DNA of 64,000 nucleotides from assembly GCF_964355755.1 (NCBI RefSeq), contig NC_092676.1:17874871-17938870 (forward strand), in the 5' to 3' direction. Under the pieces are notes generated by a model. That model did not search any database and was not told where the DNA came from. It saw nothing but the letters and a program-made list of their open reading frames with translations. Shown here piece after piece: positions 43,746 through 55,490 of this stretch; within the stretch, counting starts at the first letter, position 1; each line of letters begins with the position of its first letter. The translations under genes and the position numbers were made by a program. The DNA is from Antedon mediterranea. Its lineage: Eukaryota; Animalia; Echinodermata.

Positions 43746-45299
43746 AGACCTCTATATGGGACAGCAGTGGTAAGATAATTATAGTAGAAACTTCATTTTA
43801 AACGACTCAATCATGTACAATGTAATCTTGGGATTTTTGGTATACAAAATTAATTGTATTCTCTGCTTATTCACTAATGACCATGGAATTTGTCCAGCTG
43901 TTTGCTAATATAGAATTTGACTCCTTCATATGAATGTTGGACCACTGTGGAGATGTTGGTTTATTATACGAATGAATTATGAACGTTTTCATTTGAAGAC
44001 ACTGCTTTATTCCCAGAATTTTCTACCTTTCGTTTTAGTGATTTTTAATTCAAATAAATGTTAATGATATTGGCAATTTATGCCAACTTTATTATATACC
44101 GTAGTTTAACAATGTAGATAAAATATTTATATGTTTCATTTATATCAATGTATTTTAATTTGCAATATATTATAAATCACGCTAGTATGCTTCTTATTTA
44201 GGCCTATTTTATGTACGTAATGTAAACGGTTGTTACCTAAAGCTAAACTAGTAGGCCTAGTAACCGAGTTAATATATTGATTTTTGTGGCACAGTAGGCT
44301 GCTAATACAGTATTGATTATTCAATGTCACTATTTTGATTATTAAATGCCATTTTTATTTATCATTTCAAAGCATGGAAATTACGCAATACTTATTTTTC
44401 TACATTTAATTCTCATTTCATACATACCCCGTAAACAAATATAGGCCTACACTGTGTCTTATTTGATATTGTTGTGTTCCAAATGTTTTACGGTTAATGT
44501 TTTTAAAATAGTTGATTATAAATCAATTTTGCTGTGTTACTTTGTAATTTTACTGTATAAAAAACTTTATAAAGTTTTATAGAAGCTATACTATTATGAT
44601 TTTTATTATGTAATTATTGTCAACGACACGTCTGTGGCCTTAGGATAATGTCAAAATAAAATTCGAAATCAAATATATTAATCTAATATAGTAGGGATTT
44701 AAATCAATTATTTTATTTTGTGTTTTAAGCAAATGAAATAAATAGTTTTTAATTGAAATATTTATGTTTCGAAATGTTCACTTTTTTGTTTATAATTGCA
44801 ACAACAAAAATTGTATATTTTCGTCTCCTTCTGCTTTACGCATTTAAAGAAAAAAGACATAATTCGTAATATGGTCCGCGCATTACCATACAGCTGGAAT
44901 ACTATATATCGGTTTACACATTGGACCACAGTGAACTTCATTTTGTTCGCGGTCAAAATACCAGTAGAAGTGAAAATGGTGTTATGAGTTTTTTTTTGTC
45001 ACTGGAAGTTATAGCCACTGAAAATCGCCAACGTAAAACATGGTTAAACAAAATAACAAATTTACAAACATACTGAGTGGGCCTGATGCAACAACAAACA
45101 CGTTTTGTTTGTAATTATAACGGTAGGCCATAATGTGAAAATGCTAGGCCTACAAATTTAGAGAATTTGAGGCCTATAAAATCGACACGATACGGAAAAA
45201 GTTTGCCTCTTGTAAAAAAAAATGTGATTGAATTGTTTCAATCATATCCGGTGATAGATTCAAATTAAAACTAATTAATTAATTTAGTGTAAATGGAAA

Positions 45300-45995
45300 T
45301 TCGATTTAAAATAGACTACTGTACACAGCTAACACAATGTACGTCAGTCAGTGCTGTCAAACAGATGCCCAAATAAGGCAATGTGAACGAAACGGTGAAA
45401 TAGTTTCTTTGCTAGATTGGTAGCCGGAATTTTTAGTTTATGAAAGGAAAGAATTAATCATAAAGCGCTATTCGATTTTACGTTACAATTAACCACAATA
45501 TGTACTAAACGCTCGTAATGGGTAATGCGTTATTAATATTATTTAGGTCTATACGTTATCACATGCATATAAATAGGCTTAATTGAGTCATTTAATAAAA
45601 TACATTTCTTTTTTGTATTCACAAGTTCGGAATCTCCACTGATCTGGTCGTTTACAATTCAAGTAAAATAGATCCTCTATTTGCAAACAAAACTTCAAGT
45701 TTTCTATGCTGTTTGCTCAATAACAAACTACTTTTACAATGTGTCAATTTCATTCCTGTCATATCAATATGTTATACAGTATATTTATTATGTCGTTTTG
45801 ATTATTCTTACACAGTGATATTCACCCGCAATAAATGGAATAGTCCAAACATTTGGCTTCCTCTTCTCTTGGGGTTGTGCTGCAGACGACCCCTTGTCCT
45901 CTCCGATCGTGTTTACACTTTCTAAGGAAGTTTGTTTGCAGATTTCATTTTATTTGGACATCTAACAAGACAGAAAAGTTGTGGATAATTTTGAG
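45300..45995 (+). promoter_or_regulatory. Candidate promoter and non-coding first exon of the troponin T-like gene
   Basis: Perfect CArG box CCAAATAAGG (45369-45378) next to an E-box CAGATG, a MEF2-like TTTAAAATAG near 45305, and a donor GAG|GTTAGT at 45995/45996. Inferred. Confidence 0.35.
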
Positions 45996-46579
45996 GTTAG
46001 TACAGTAGCATAAGCACTATGAATGTTATATTTGTTTTTCTTGTAACATCTAATACAATATAAAACAATAAAACCACTTTCGTGCAGTTGAGTCGGGAGT
46101 TGATTTACGACCAAAAGCAGTTTAAACATTATTGTGGTGTATTTCTCAACTTAGGGTTTATAAGATTATCATTTATAAAAACACAACGTACTTGTATGGC
46201 TTGTTCGTTAATTAAGTGTCGGTCGGTCAGTTTGTTCTCTGTCATTGCATGTGGATTTTGTGTTTCCGTCCAATTTCATATCTCAAATAAATGTTACGGT
46301 ATTACATTCTCCGATACTCTATCTACTATTGTTGCTTACTATTAAACCAATCATGCTTATCGTTGAATATTCGAGGAGTTAGGTTTTGTTTTCATTACAA
46401 CTGCGAACTGTCAATGCAAAGCCATTAATTAAGTTACGGAGTCAGTTTACACCCATGGTCTCATAAAGAGTCTTTTGTATAGCCCTTTACAAGAAGCTTG
46501 AATGAAGGACGAGGCCTACTTTTATTTATAGGCCTAGCTATTTCCTCCACGCTTTTCACGGAATGAAGGAAGCCAATCT

Positions 46580-46713
46580 AAAGCTGTCTACACTATCACA
46601 CTACAGTTTGTAGTTTGAGAGAAAAAAGTGTGATAGTGATATGACATATCATTCCATATATGGGCACATCACATTTTTTGTCACATAAATGTTGATAGTG
46701 TAGACAGAGCTTA
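46580..46713. mobile_element. MITE of the AGCTCTGTCTACAC family; further copies at 50724-50849 and 51485-51543
   Basis: agctgtctacactatca ... tgatagtgtagacagagct TIRs, with shared core ccatatatgggcacatcacattttttgtca. Confidence 0.75.
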
Positions 46714-47084
46714 ACTCGATTGATATAGGCCTATATCTACAGTAGCGTAACAGAAGTGCTGTTTAATGTTCGACAATTCGAACAAAACATGAAACCATGG
46801 AGTAAAGAATAAAAAAGTTCTTTTTTTTTAACTCCAAAGTTTGAATTGTTTATGATTGAAAATTGCGAAATCGAAAAAAAGAAAGATGTAAACGATACCG
46901 GTAGCGTATTGCGCACTTTGCACTGTACGCGACTTGTATTATAGACCATGGAGTAAATACTCCATGTGTAGACTAACATACAATAATAACAATTAGTATT
47001 TTTGTCAACGATTATTCCAGTTTCAATTCTGACTTTTTTGTTTGAATTGAATATTTATATTTAAAGTTTTCTTTTTAGTATTAA

Positions 47085-47522
47085 AAAGGGATATTAATGG
47101 CAAACAGGCATACACGTGTGAAATTTGAATACCTTACAATTAATTCTCGGTATCCAGAGTCCCTCACCTTTAAACACATGTATGCTAGAACTAATGCATT
47201 TAAATACTCCCTGTTTGTTAATTTCCCTCGAATATGGGAATGTATCCCGCATGAAGTTCGTAACAAAGTCCTGTTTAACTTTGGGGGGTTTAGAAGGGAT
47301 TTGAAAAAAATGTATTACTGATATCGAATTCATTTAGACTATCTCTGTGTTTTTATGTCTATTGCGTTTTTCGTACTATTAGTTGGGAAAGCCACTCGAC
47401 AGTGCAGTTCTTTTGAACTGATCCACTTTTGGTTACCCGCAGGTGCTGATAGTACTTTTGTTCTGTTTTATTGAATGATGCCGTACCTTGTTTATGATTT
47501 TTGTATGTTACCTGGAAATTGA

Positions 47523-47562
<40 letters not shown>
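47085..47562 (+). mobile_element. 5'-truncated non-LTR retrotransposon (CR1/L2-group-like): ORF2 C-terminus, 3' UTR and poly(A)
   Basis: ARTNAFKYSLFVNFPRIWECIP resembles the RT-K-SF-R-WN-LP motif at the end of CR1/L2-type ORF2. Stop at 47321, then AATAAA merging into a roughly 38-nt A tail. Confidence 0.8.
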
Positions 47563-47565
<3 letters not shown>

Positions 47566-49643
47566 GTGTTTAATGCATTTGCTAGACCATCCATTATACA
47601 GTAATTACACAACCATAAGTTTTAAGTGATGGAAGACGAACTCAGGGTCGCGCGTCTATGCTGTACACTCGATTTGATGGTGGAAGTAGTTAGGCCTGTA
47701 TCAGTGGAAACCATGGATACCATTGAAACATTTTACGAAACATGAAATATTTATTTTGTCAGGAGTTACTGCAACAAATTTACATTTTTCTATTAGTTTT
47801 CAAAACAAGTTAGATAAACAATAAGGATAAACAAAACTTTATTTCAAAAAGTATTGAAATAATAATAGACATACAGTATACTGTTTTAAATACCCACTAG
47901 ATATGCAATAATAGCCATGTTTGTGTGTCGCATCGGCCTAAAGAACCGGTAAACACGACTCCTTTATCTGTATAGGTGACTTAGCATGTTGGTCAATATT
48001 GTAAATGTAGGAGCATTTTTAATAGTTCGACTGTCTAAAATGTCATGTGAATAAATTGTAATGAATAGGCCTACAAGGTTTTACTACTTTACTACGATTG
48101 GCATATTTGGATTGCCCTCGAAAATCTAAGATATCAACAACATTGCCGATCTTGACACGTGTGAATTAACGACTTGGCAATTAAATTGATATACGTGTTT
48201 TGACACAAGACTTCAAATATGAGCATTTAAGCAGGGATTTAATTTGCAAAAAATGTACATTATGGAACGCCAAAGGCCAATTGAATCATTTAAGAAATTA
48301 TTTATCGACCTACGTTAATCTACCTCCAATTTAAGACCGCTCTACGTAAATCTATCTCCAATTTAAGACCGCTCTACGTAAATCTACCTCAAATTTAAGA
48401 CCACTCTCAATTTGTGTCTCATGAAATAATCATCTTGTACAGTAGGGATACCAGTTTCATGTTTCAAAAGTTTTTCCAATTCACAAATTGCACAATTTGA
48501 AACAAAAAAGAAGAAAAAAAAACATATTATGAGCATATGCAAATATCCATTATGTTTTTCCATTTAAGTAGGTCTATATTTTATTCTCACATTCTACGAG
48601 TTTGGCAACTTCCGCAGGTGTTTTACCGATAACTCGTCAAACGTGTCAATTTTCACTATTCCCATGATGGTTGGATCATATGTTCGTGTCTTCAGGAAAT
48701 TAAAGTTCTCAAAAATATACCAAACACTTGAGATAATTATCTTTAAACGCATTTTAAAGGAGACCTTGCAAATTGAATACCTAGTACCCAGTACCCTACA
48801 GTATATCTTAGCTTTCCTATGTACTCATAGGCCTACTTGTCATTCAATAAACGTGTCTAAAAGTTTAACAATTAGGTTAAACTTAAAAAATATTTAGAAA
48901 TAGGCCTGTTAAGCGTATTTCCTTATAAAAAATAACGTTGATTGTTTATGCATACTCTTATTTTCTTTCAACAATGGCCTCGTTAAATTTCCCAAGTAGC
49001 AGAATAATAAGTTCAGTGTCATTAACGATATCAATGTTGATTCGCTGCAGAGAATTTCTTTGTGGTATTAACTATTACTATGTATTAACAGGGAAGAGTT
49101 AATTTAACTCTTCCCTGGTATTAATTAGTAGGTTACACGAGTTTTCTGTGTTTCGAGAATAAACTCATTGAAATATTAATTTGTAAAGGGTTTGGTGTGG
49201 GAGAGGATGCTTAGGCTTATTATGTCACAAATTTTACATTAACTCTACTGCGGTAACCTAATTCTTTTTATGTCATCCTTTTTTGTCTGAAACCATTGTT
49301 AAATCAGTAGGCAATGAAGGACAAGGCACGAAAGCTAAACACTTGAATACTGTATGCCAATTTGCATCTCTTGAGTAGGCCTACGTACGCTATGGAAATT
49401 ATATTTTTTTTATCCTTCCACCAGTTAGGAATATACGGTAATTCGCCATGGCACACATTTTTGTTTCGGCTAAATTAATATTCTGTACTATCTGAACGGA
49501 TATTGTATTTTGACGTAGGTAGTAGCAAAGAGGTAAATATTTAGCCAGCCACTTTCACTTGAAAGACTCTCGTTCTTTACATTATACACAGGCATCGATC
49601 AAATAGTGTGAATCAATACTGCTTTCATTTAACCAAAGATAAA

Positions 49644-52600
49644 ATGGATCCCGAAGAAAGAATTAGACGTCGAGAAGAACGAAGACGGAGGCGAGAATCT
49701 GAAAAGTATGATCTTTATTAGGCGTAGGCCTATATTTTATTACTATCAATTTTGTTTATTGACTGAGGTAGTATTTCTCGGTTAAAATTCTTCATATTGC
49801 ATATTCTTGTTTCAAGCTTCTAGGTAGGCCTACTTTTTAAAATAAGACAATTGTATTTATTGTTTCATGTCTCACCCAGAAGTGTCTAAATCTATGTTTC
49901 TAATTGTGAACTTTAGTATATAATAATAATAATACCACATTTATATAGCGCCCTTTTCATGAGTAATCATGCTCAAAGGCGCTTTACAAGCATTATTACC
50001 CCAGTATTTTTTTTGGGGATCCGAAACACGTATGGAAACATACTCCCATAATGCAGTAACCAGCGCAAAGTTGTGTGTAGATCTAACTGGGTACCCATTT
50101 ATACACCTGGGTGGAGAGAGGCAACGTAAGTAAAGTATCTTGCCTACGGATACAAGCAATGCGGCGAGAGTTGGATTCGAACCTAGGTCTGACGATCGGT
50201 AGTCCAACGTCCAACACACTGCGCCACACGCCCTTACGAATATTATTACTATCCTGTAAGTCTAATGCTTATTAATTATGCATTTCAGGAACTTGATGGA
50301 AAAGGAATTTTCTGAAACTAAAGTAAGTACAGGTAACATTTAAGATTGGATTAATAGTTTTAAAAAAGTATCTCGCAAGAAAATTTGGAAGGGAGACCGA
50401 TCATGAGGAGTAGGCCTAAAGATGATAAATAAGATGCAAATCGCATTTCCCTGAAAAACATTCGGCTTCACCGCTGGTGATTTAATATCAGAAATACAAA
50501 ATATGGCAATATTATAACGAAAACGACTTGGGAGTGGTTGGTAATCCAGATTTGTGTTAAACTGCACGATTATGGTATTAAGCATTAGCATGTGTCGGTC
50601 GTTTCTCGGGTTTATTGATATCAAATTAATATCACCGATTATGGGATGGTCATTGATATGATAATATGGAACGCTAACCGTGCCTCTGAATAGCATGATT
50701 TAAATATTTGAAATAATTGTCTAAAGCTCTGTCTAGACAATCAACTTTAACAAAATGTGATATGCCCATATATGGACACGATGACGTCATATCACTACCA
50801 TATTTGGGAACACCACACCTTTTTTGTCAAACTAGTTCGATAGTGTAGGCCTAGTGTAGTTTAATACTCTCACCTCGTATATTAATATTCTTGTTGTAGC
50901 AGAAGCGATCAGAACTTTCAGAAGATTCATCGACTAATGTATATGAGAAAAAAACTATTATAAAAGAAAGTAGCACTGAACTGGAATCACGGCCGGTAAT
51001 TTTGAATGATAACGAGTCAAAATGGAATGGTGATGAGAATCACAATGATACAAAAGAAGAACACAATGAAGAACACAATGAAGAGTACAATGAAGAACAG
51101 AATGAAGACTACTCGTGTACAAATGGAAATGAATCGGATTCAAAAGCGTCAACGATTTCAGACCAAACGGAAAGAGAAGTCGAAGTCAAACAATCGAAGA
51201 TTGCAGTTTCTGTGCCAAACAAGTATGTTCAAATAATAGACAGTTAAATAAAATACTGTTTGTTTTTAATATGTAAAGCTACGGTAATTACGAAAAACTT
51301 TTATTTTTCTTTTGAAAAAAATACTACATAGCTTTGGCTTATGGCGCGTTTTCGCTTTTCAGATATTAACATTTACAGTGAATAAGTCTTACAACTCCCT
51401 ATTATGACTACTTATTATTTTGTGTTTTTCAGGCCTGCAGCAGTACCAGAGGCTTTGAACGTTTACAAGGTAATATAGACGTCCTATCACTACCATATTT
51501 AGGCACATCACACTTGATTTATTTGATAGTGTAGACAGAGCTTAATAATATAAAATATGTAATACATTGTACACATCAAATTCATACAAATCAACACAAT
51601 TAATTATTCCTATACACATACAACGCAGTTTCAAATTTCCAACTTATTGCGGAACACGACAGTTATTCACGCACGATTACTACAAACTTGATGAACATTG
51701 ATACTTGGTGCAGGGAGTAGTGGTTCTCTTTGCTGGTTGGTGCTATAGAAGCTTTTATCGCTTATCTGGTATTATCCACACTTCGCGATTATTTAGAATA
51801 ACATATTTGTGATTTTTTTCTTATGCACGTTTTAAAGGAAATCAAGAAAACTCAAGATGATGAATCGTTTAAAAACGCCATTGATCAACTGCGGATTGAA
51901 CGAAATCAAATTGCTGAAGAATTAAAAGAACGGAAAAGAAGAAAGGTATTAATTTGTACCGTCGTTAACACCAAATTTTACTTTAAATTAAAAAAATTAT
52001 GGACATTACAACAATACTTTTTTGTTTAAAAAAATAATAATCAGTATTTTTATCTTCTTTTGATCTTTATGATCATGGGATGGCTGTCTATCTAATATCT
52101 GTAACTAGGGTACCGGTATTCCAAGACTATAAAATAGAATAGAAATGTCTTACTATTTTCTCAGTCTTGCATATCATTTCTAAAGTTATCACTTTCAAAA
52201 AGATTCTTTCTTAGCTAGGATAGTAAATCTAAATTCCCTCCCGTCCCACTGAATGATTTTAGGCTCATTAGCTGTTTGTTTTACACAGGCTGAGCGTGCT
52301 CGTCAGTGGGAGGAAGCAGATCGTGTTCAACAGCGACATGCCGAAGAACGTCGCATGCGACAACAGGAAGAAGAGCAGAGATTGAAACAGGAATTTGAAA
52401 AGAAAAAAAAGGAGCGTGAATTGCGTATGAAAAAGATGGCGCATAACCCATATGCATACCTAGCACCTGTTGTAGTAGTAAGTGATTTGCAATTTAGAAG
52501 GGAGCTGACATGGGTTCCTGATTTGTGTTGCGAGAGTAATCATGTGTTCGCGAAGTACAACACATATATACTTCAATAATAATCGTACCTTTTGCAGAGA

Positions 52601-55490
52601 TTGTACTGTACTCGCACTTAACCACGTTAGTGTTAATTGAAGCTTCTTCTTTCTACTTGATCAAAAAAGGCAGCTTCCGTTTCTATGTTTCTTTCAGTCT
52701 AGGGCCTACCTTTCAATTCTATCCTATCCCTAGGTAACTTTCAGACAGGCAATTAAAAAGACCTTGTTTTGGTAGATTTCTTTAGAGTATAAATATTCAC
52801 TTTCTGAAACAAACAAATGATTTGCCTTCTCAGTATTCGACGCAAGTTCGTTTAATTTGTTTTAAAAACTGTTTTGTTGAGTATATTGTTACATCTTAAA
52901 AATGGACAATGCCTCTTTGAAATAGTGAAAAGTAAATACACATCTTCATAGTTTCAATTTTCAACTCTCTATGGTTTAGTCGAGTCGAGTGCCTGGGCGC
53001 GTGGTTAAGGCATGGGCGCCGTAAACCATAGGTTTAAGGCACCCCTCTTCTAGTGATAGAACAAGTCTTCTCGGATAAGGACCCAGTTCATCAAGTCTTA
53101 GGCTTTTACTTCTTATTTTGGTAGGACGTGAATTCTGTTCCGGTTAGCTCTCGTATGGGAGCTTCAAAGTGCTGGAGAACGGAGCAGTGTAAATGGTTCC
53201 TCTGCTTCTTCGTAATTTGTTATCTTTAATGGATCATTTTTGTGTGTAAAGCGCACACACTTCATCACTGAAAATATCTATAAGATATATATATATAATT
53301 TATTACATAACTATAAGACTACTATTAGTATTATTATATTTGATTAACAGTTGACCGCTTTCTGTTTGATAGAACGGCAAGGCACCACCGAAGTTTAGCA
53401 TGAAGTCTGAAGCACGCGAACGTGAAAAGAAAAAAGTTCTGGCAGAGAGAGTACCACCACTTGATATTAGACCAAACACAAACACAGAAGCACTTCGACA
53501 ACTCGCAGAAGATCTTGTAGAGAAACTGAAAACAGCTTATGGAAGATTCTTTGATCTTGAATATCAGGGGGAGCGTTCTAAGTACACTGTACGTATTGAT
53601 AGCGATATTAAGAAAGCGAATATTACTTGCCCACAATTTTCAAGAAGATGGTTGTAGCATAACAACCAAAACATCAATCATCTTAGGCCATACTTTTTAT
53701 TTCATTAACATACCAATATTGCTGATATTTTTTATTTAATTTTTATTATCAATTTTTCGCCTTTTAACAACATTGTATCTGCTGATCGTTACGTTTTCTT
53801 TGAGATCAATTTAATTTTATATGGAGCTCTCAAAATTAATAATAATAATAATAATAATAGGCATAAAAGATCTCTTTTCTGAGATGTTATGCTATTGTCA
53901 AGTCGCCTTTTTGGTAAATTGATTTAATTTGTATGCATTTTTATTTATATTTAACCCAGATACACGAACTGAAAACACGAATCAAGGCAATGAATAAATA
54001 CAGGTTAGATCTATGTTATGTATTTCATTTTTTTATTTGTAATCAAATACTCGAATGTCCAGTACAGTATGATAGTGATATTGGAAATGAGTTATTGGAT
54101 GTTCTCTTTGTGAATAGTAGATTATTTATGTTTAAGAGTTATTTAAAAAATGATAAAAAACTGTATAAGAAGGCAGAAACATGAACATCACTGGAAATGT
54201 CCTATGATTTCAGAGTAACATGTAATTCATTTCACCTACAGCTATGAGCGACAGGTGAAGGCTTCTGCTGTCGGCTTGTCTGATATGTAAGTACAGTGTA
54301 TTCAGTGCTAGGCCTACTCAATTGACTATATTGAAGCTGGTAATCATAATAATTTTTCTGGCAGAGAAGCAATTCAAATCCAGGTTTATATATAAGGATA
54401 ATATTTTAATAATGCGTGGATTTGAAGTGCTTTTCTACCAACAAGAGGAGTATCAAGGCAATTGTTTTTTTGCGTAAACGCAAAGTATCAATTCCGTTGT
54501 CCAAACTAATCTCCGGGAAACAAAAAGGATTAATTTTCAACTGTCACTAAATTATGGCGTATTTTTATTTGTAGTGTGAAGCAATTGGAGCAAGCTCAGA
54601 GTACAAATGTAAGTTTCGTTTCCTTTTTTAAAAAATGAAGCCAAATTTTCCAAGAAAACCTTAAAATACGATTGAACTATAATGTAAATGGGGGAATAAC
54701 CTGCGACTTGCAGCCTACTGGGCTAAATTGCGCACAGGTGTGGACGACACATACCATAACTTTCTTCTTCCCTAAGGGTCCCTTCGTGTAGAGTGCTGCC
54801 ACCAAACGCCCGTCCGTCTGTCCGTTAGTCTGTCCAAAATGACAGGGGCTGAATGGACCAGTACACCAGGGTAACCCCCTACTCTTCCGAAAGATATACT
54901 GGGCACACGAGCCAGATGTGTACACTGGACAAGTCCCTATCCGAGAAGACTTGTTCTACCAATAGTCGAGGAGTGATTTGAACCTGTGCTGATTGTATAG
55001 GTACGGTTTTGCGGCGGCGCTCCTGCCTTAACCGCTCGGCCACTCGACTCGAAAACTATGTATTATATGATCTGAATACTATTGCAACTAAATTATATAG
55101 GGACGACCAAAGTCTCGTCTTGAACGGGAGAAGCAAGCAGGGAGCATCCTAGGTAGCGGTGGCGTAAAGGCCCGTTTAAACATGTTTGGTGGAGGCTCGT
55201 TAAACCGATCCAATAGGGTAAGTTAAGTATGTTACGGTACAATATAATTTTATCCTCTCAAGATCGTAGAATATTGATATCTAGTGCAAAGACAATACAT
55301 TAGTTTAGTCTTTTTTATACCTTCTGTTGTTGTTTATATATATGTTATTCAAACAACTTCAAATGAAAAGTATTGATTGTTGAATTGATTAGTAATTTAC
55401 CTAAGGTAATTAGCAACATGTCTTATGATGATGAAACACGTTCTTTTATTGCAGGAAACACAGAGCCACCAGGTGGATTTGACCAAGTAA
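49644..55490 (+). CDS. TNNT: Troponin T-like protein, 12 coding exons, 414 aa
   Basis: Exons 49644-49705, 50289-50322, 50900-51222, 51433-51469, 51838-51945, 52289-52477, 53373-53588, 53960-54003, 54242-54286, 54575-54608, 55101-55217, 55455-55490; 1245 nt, phases consistent. The acidic N-terminal region is followed by a T1-like helix EELKERKRRKAERARQWEE...HAEERRMRQQEEE (cf. TnT LKDRIERRRAERAEQ...LAEERARREEEE) and a T2-like segment REREKKKVLAERVPPLDI...LRQLAEDL...FDLEYQGERSKYTIHELKTRI (cf. TEREKKKKILAERRKVLAI...LREKAKEL...[21 protein letters not shown]). Confidence 0.85.
49919..50233 (-). mobile_element. Full-length tRNA-derived SINE with an L2-like tail
   Basis: Minus strand: GTGGCGCAGTG A box, GGTTCGAATCC B box, central ctctccacccaggtgtataaatgggtac domain, gcgctatataaat 3' motif and (TAT)n tail. 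Confidence 0.85.
52980..53085 (+). mobile_element. Truncated tRNA-derived SINE
   Basis: cgagtcgagtg..ggttaaggca head and gaacaagtcttctcggataaggac core shared with 54842-55051. Confidence 0.65.
54842..55051 (-). mobile_element. tRNA-derived SINE
   Basis: Minus strand: GTGGCCGAGCGGTTAAGGC A box, GGTTCAAATC B box, gaacaagtcttctcggat core, gagtaggggtttaccctggtgt domain. Confidence 0.75.

Noticed and set aside
50340-50696. 118-aa minus-strand ORF in a TnT intron
   Set aside because: No recognisable motif or splice context.
53373-54003. Troponin I assignment (LAERVPPL resembles TnI)
   Set aside because: There is no GKF-P inhibitory region, the upstream exons match the TnT T1 helix, and SKYTIHELKTRI matches TnT [12 protein letters not shown].
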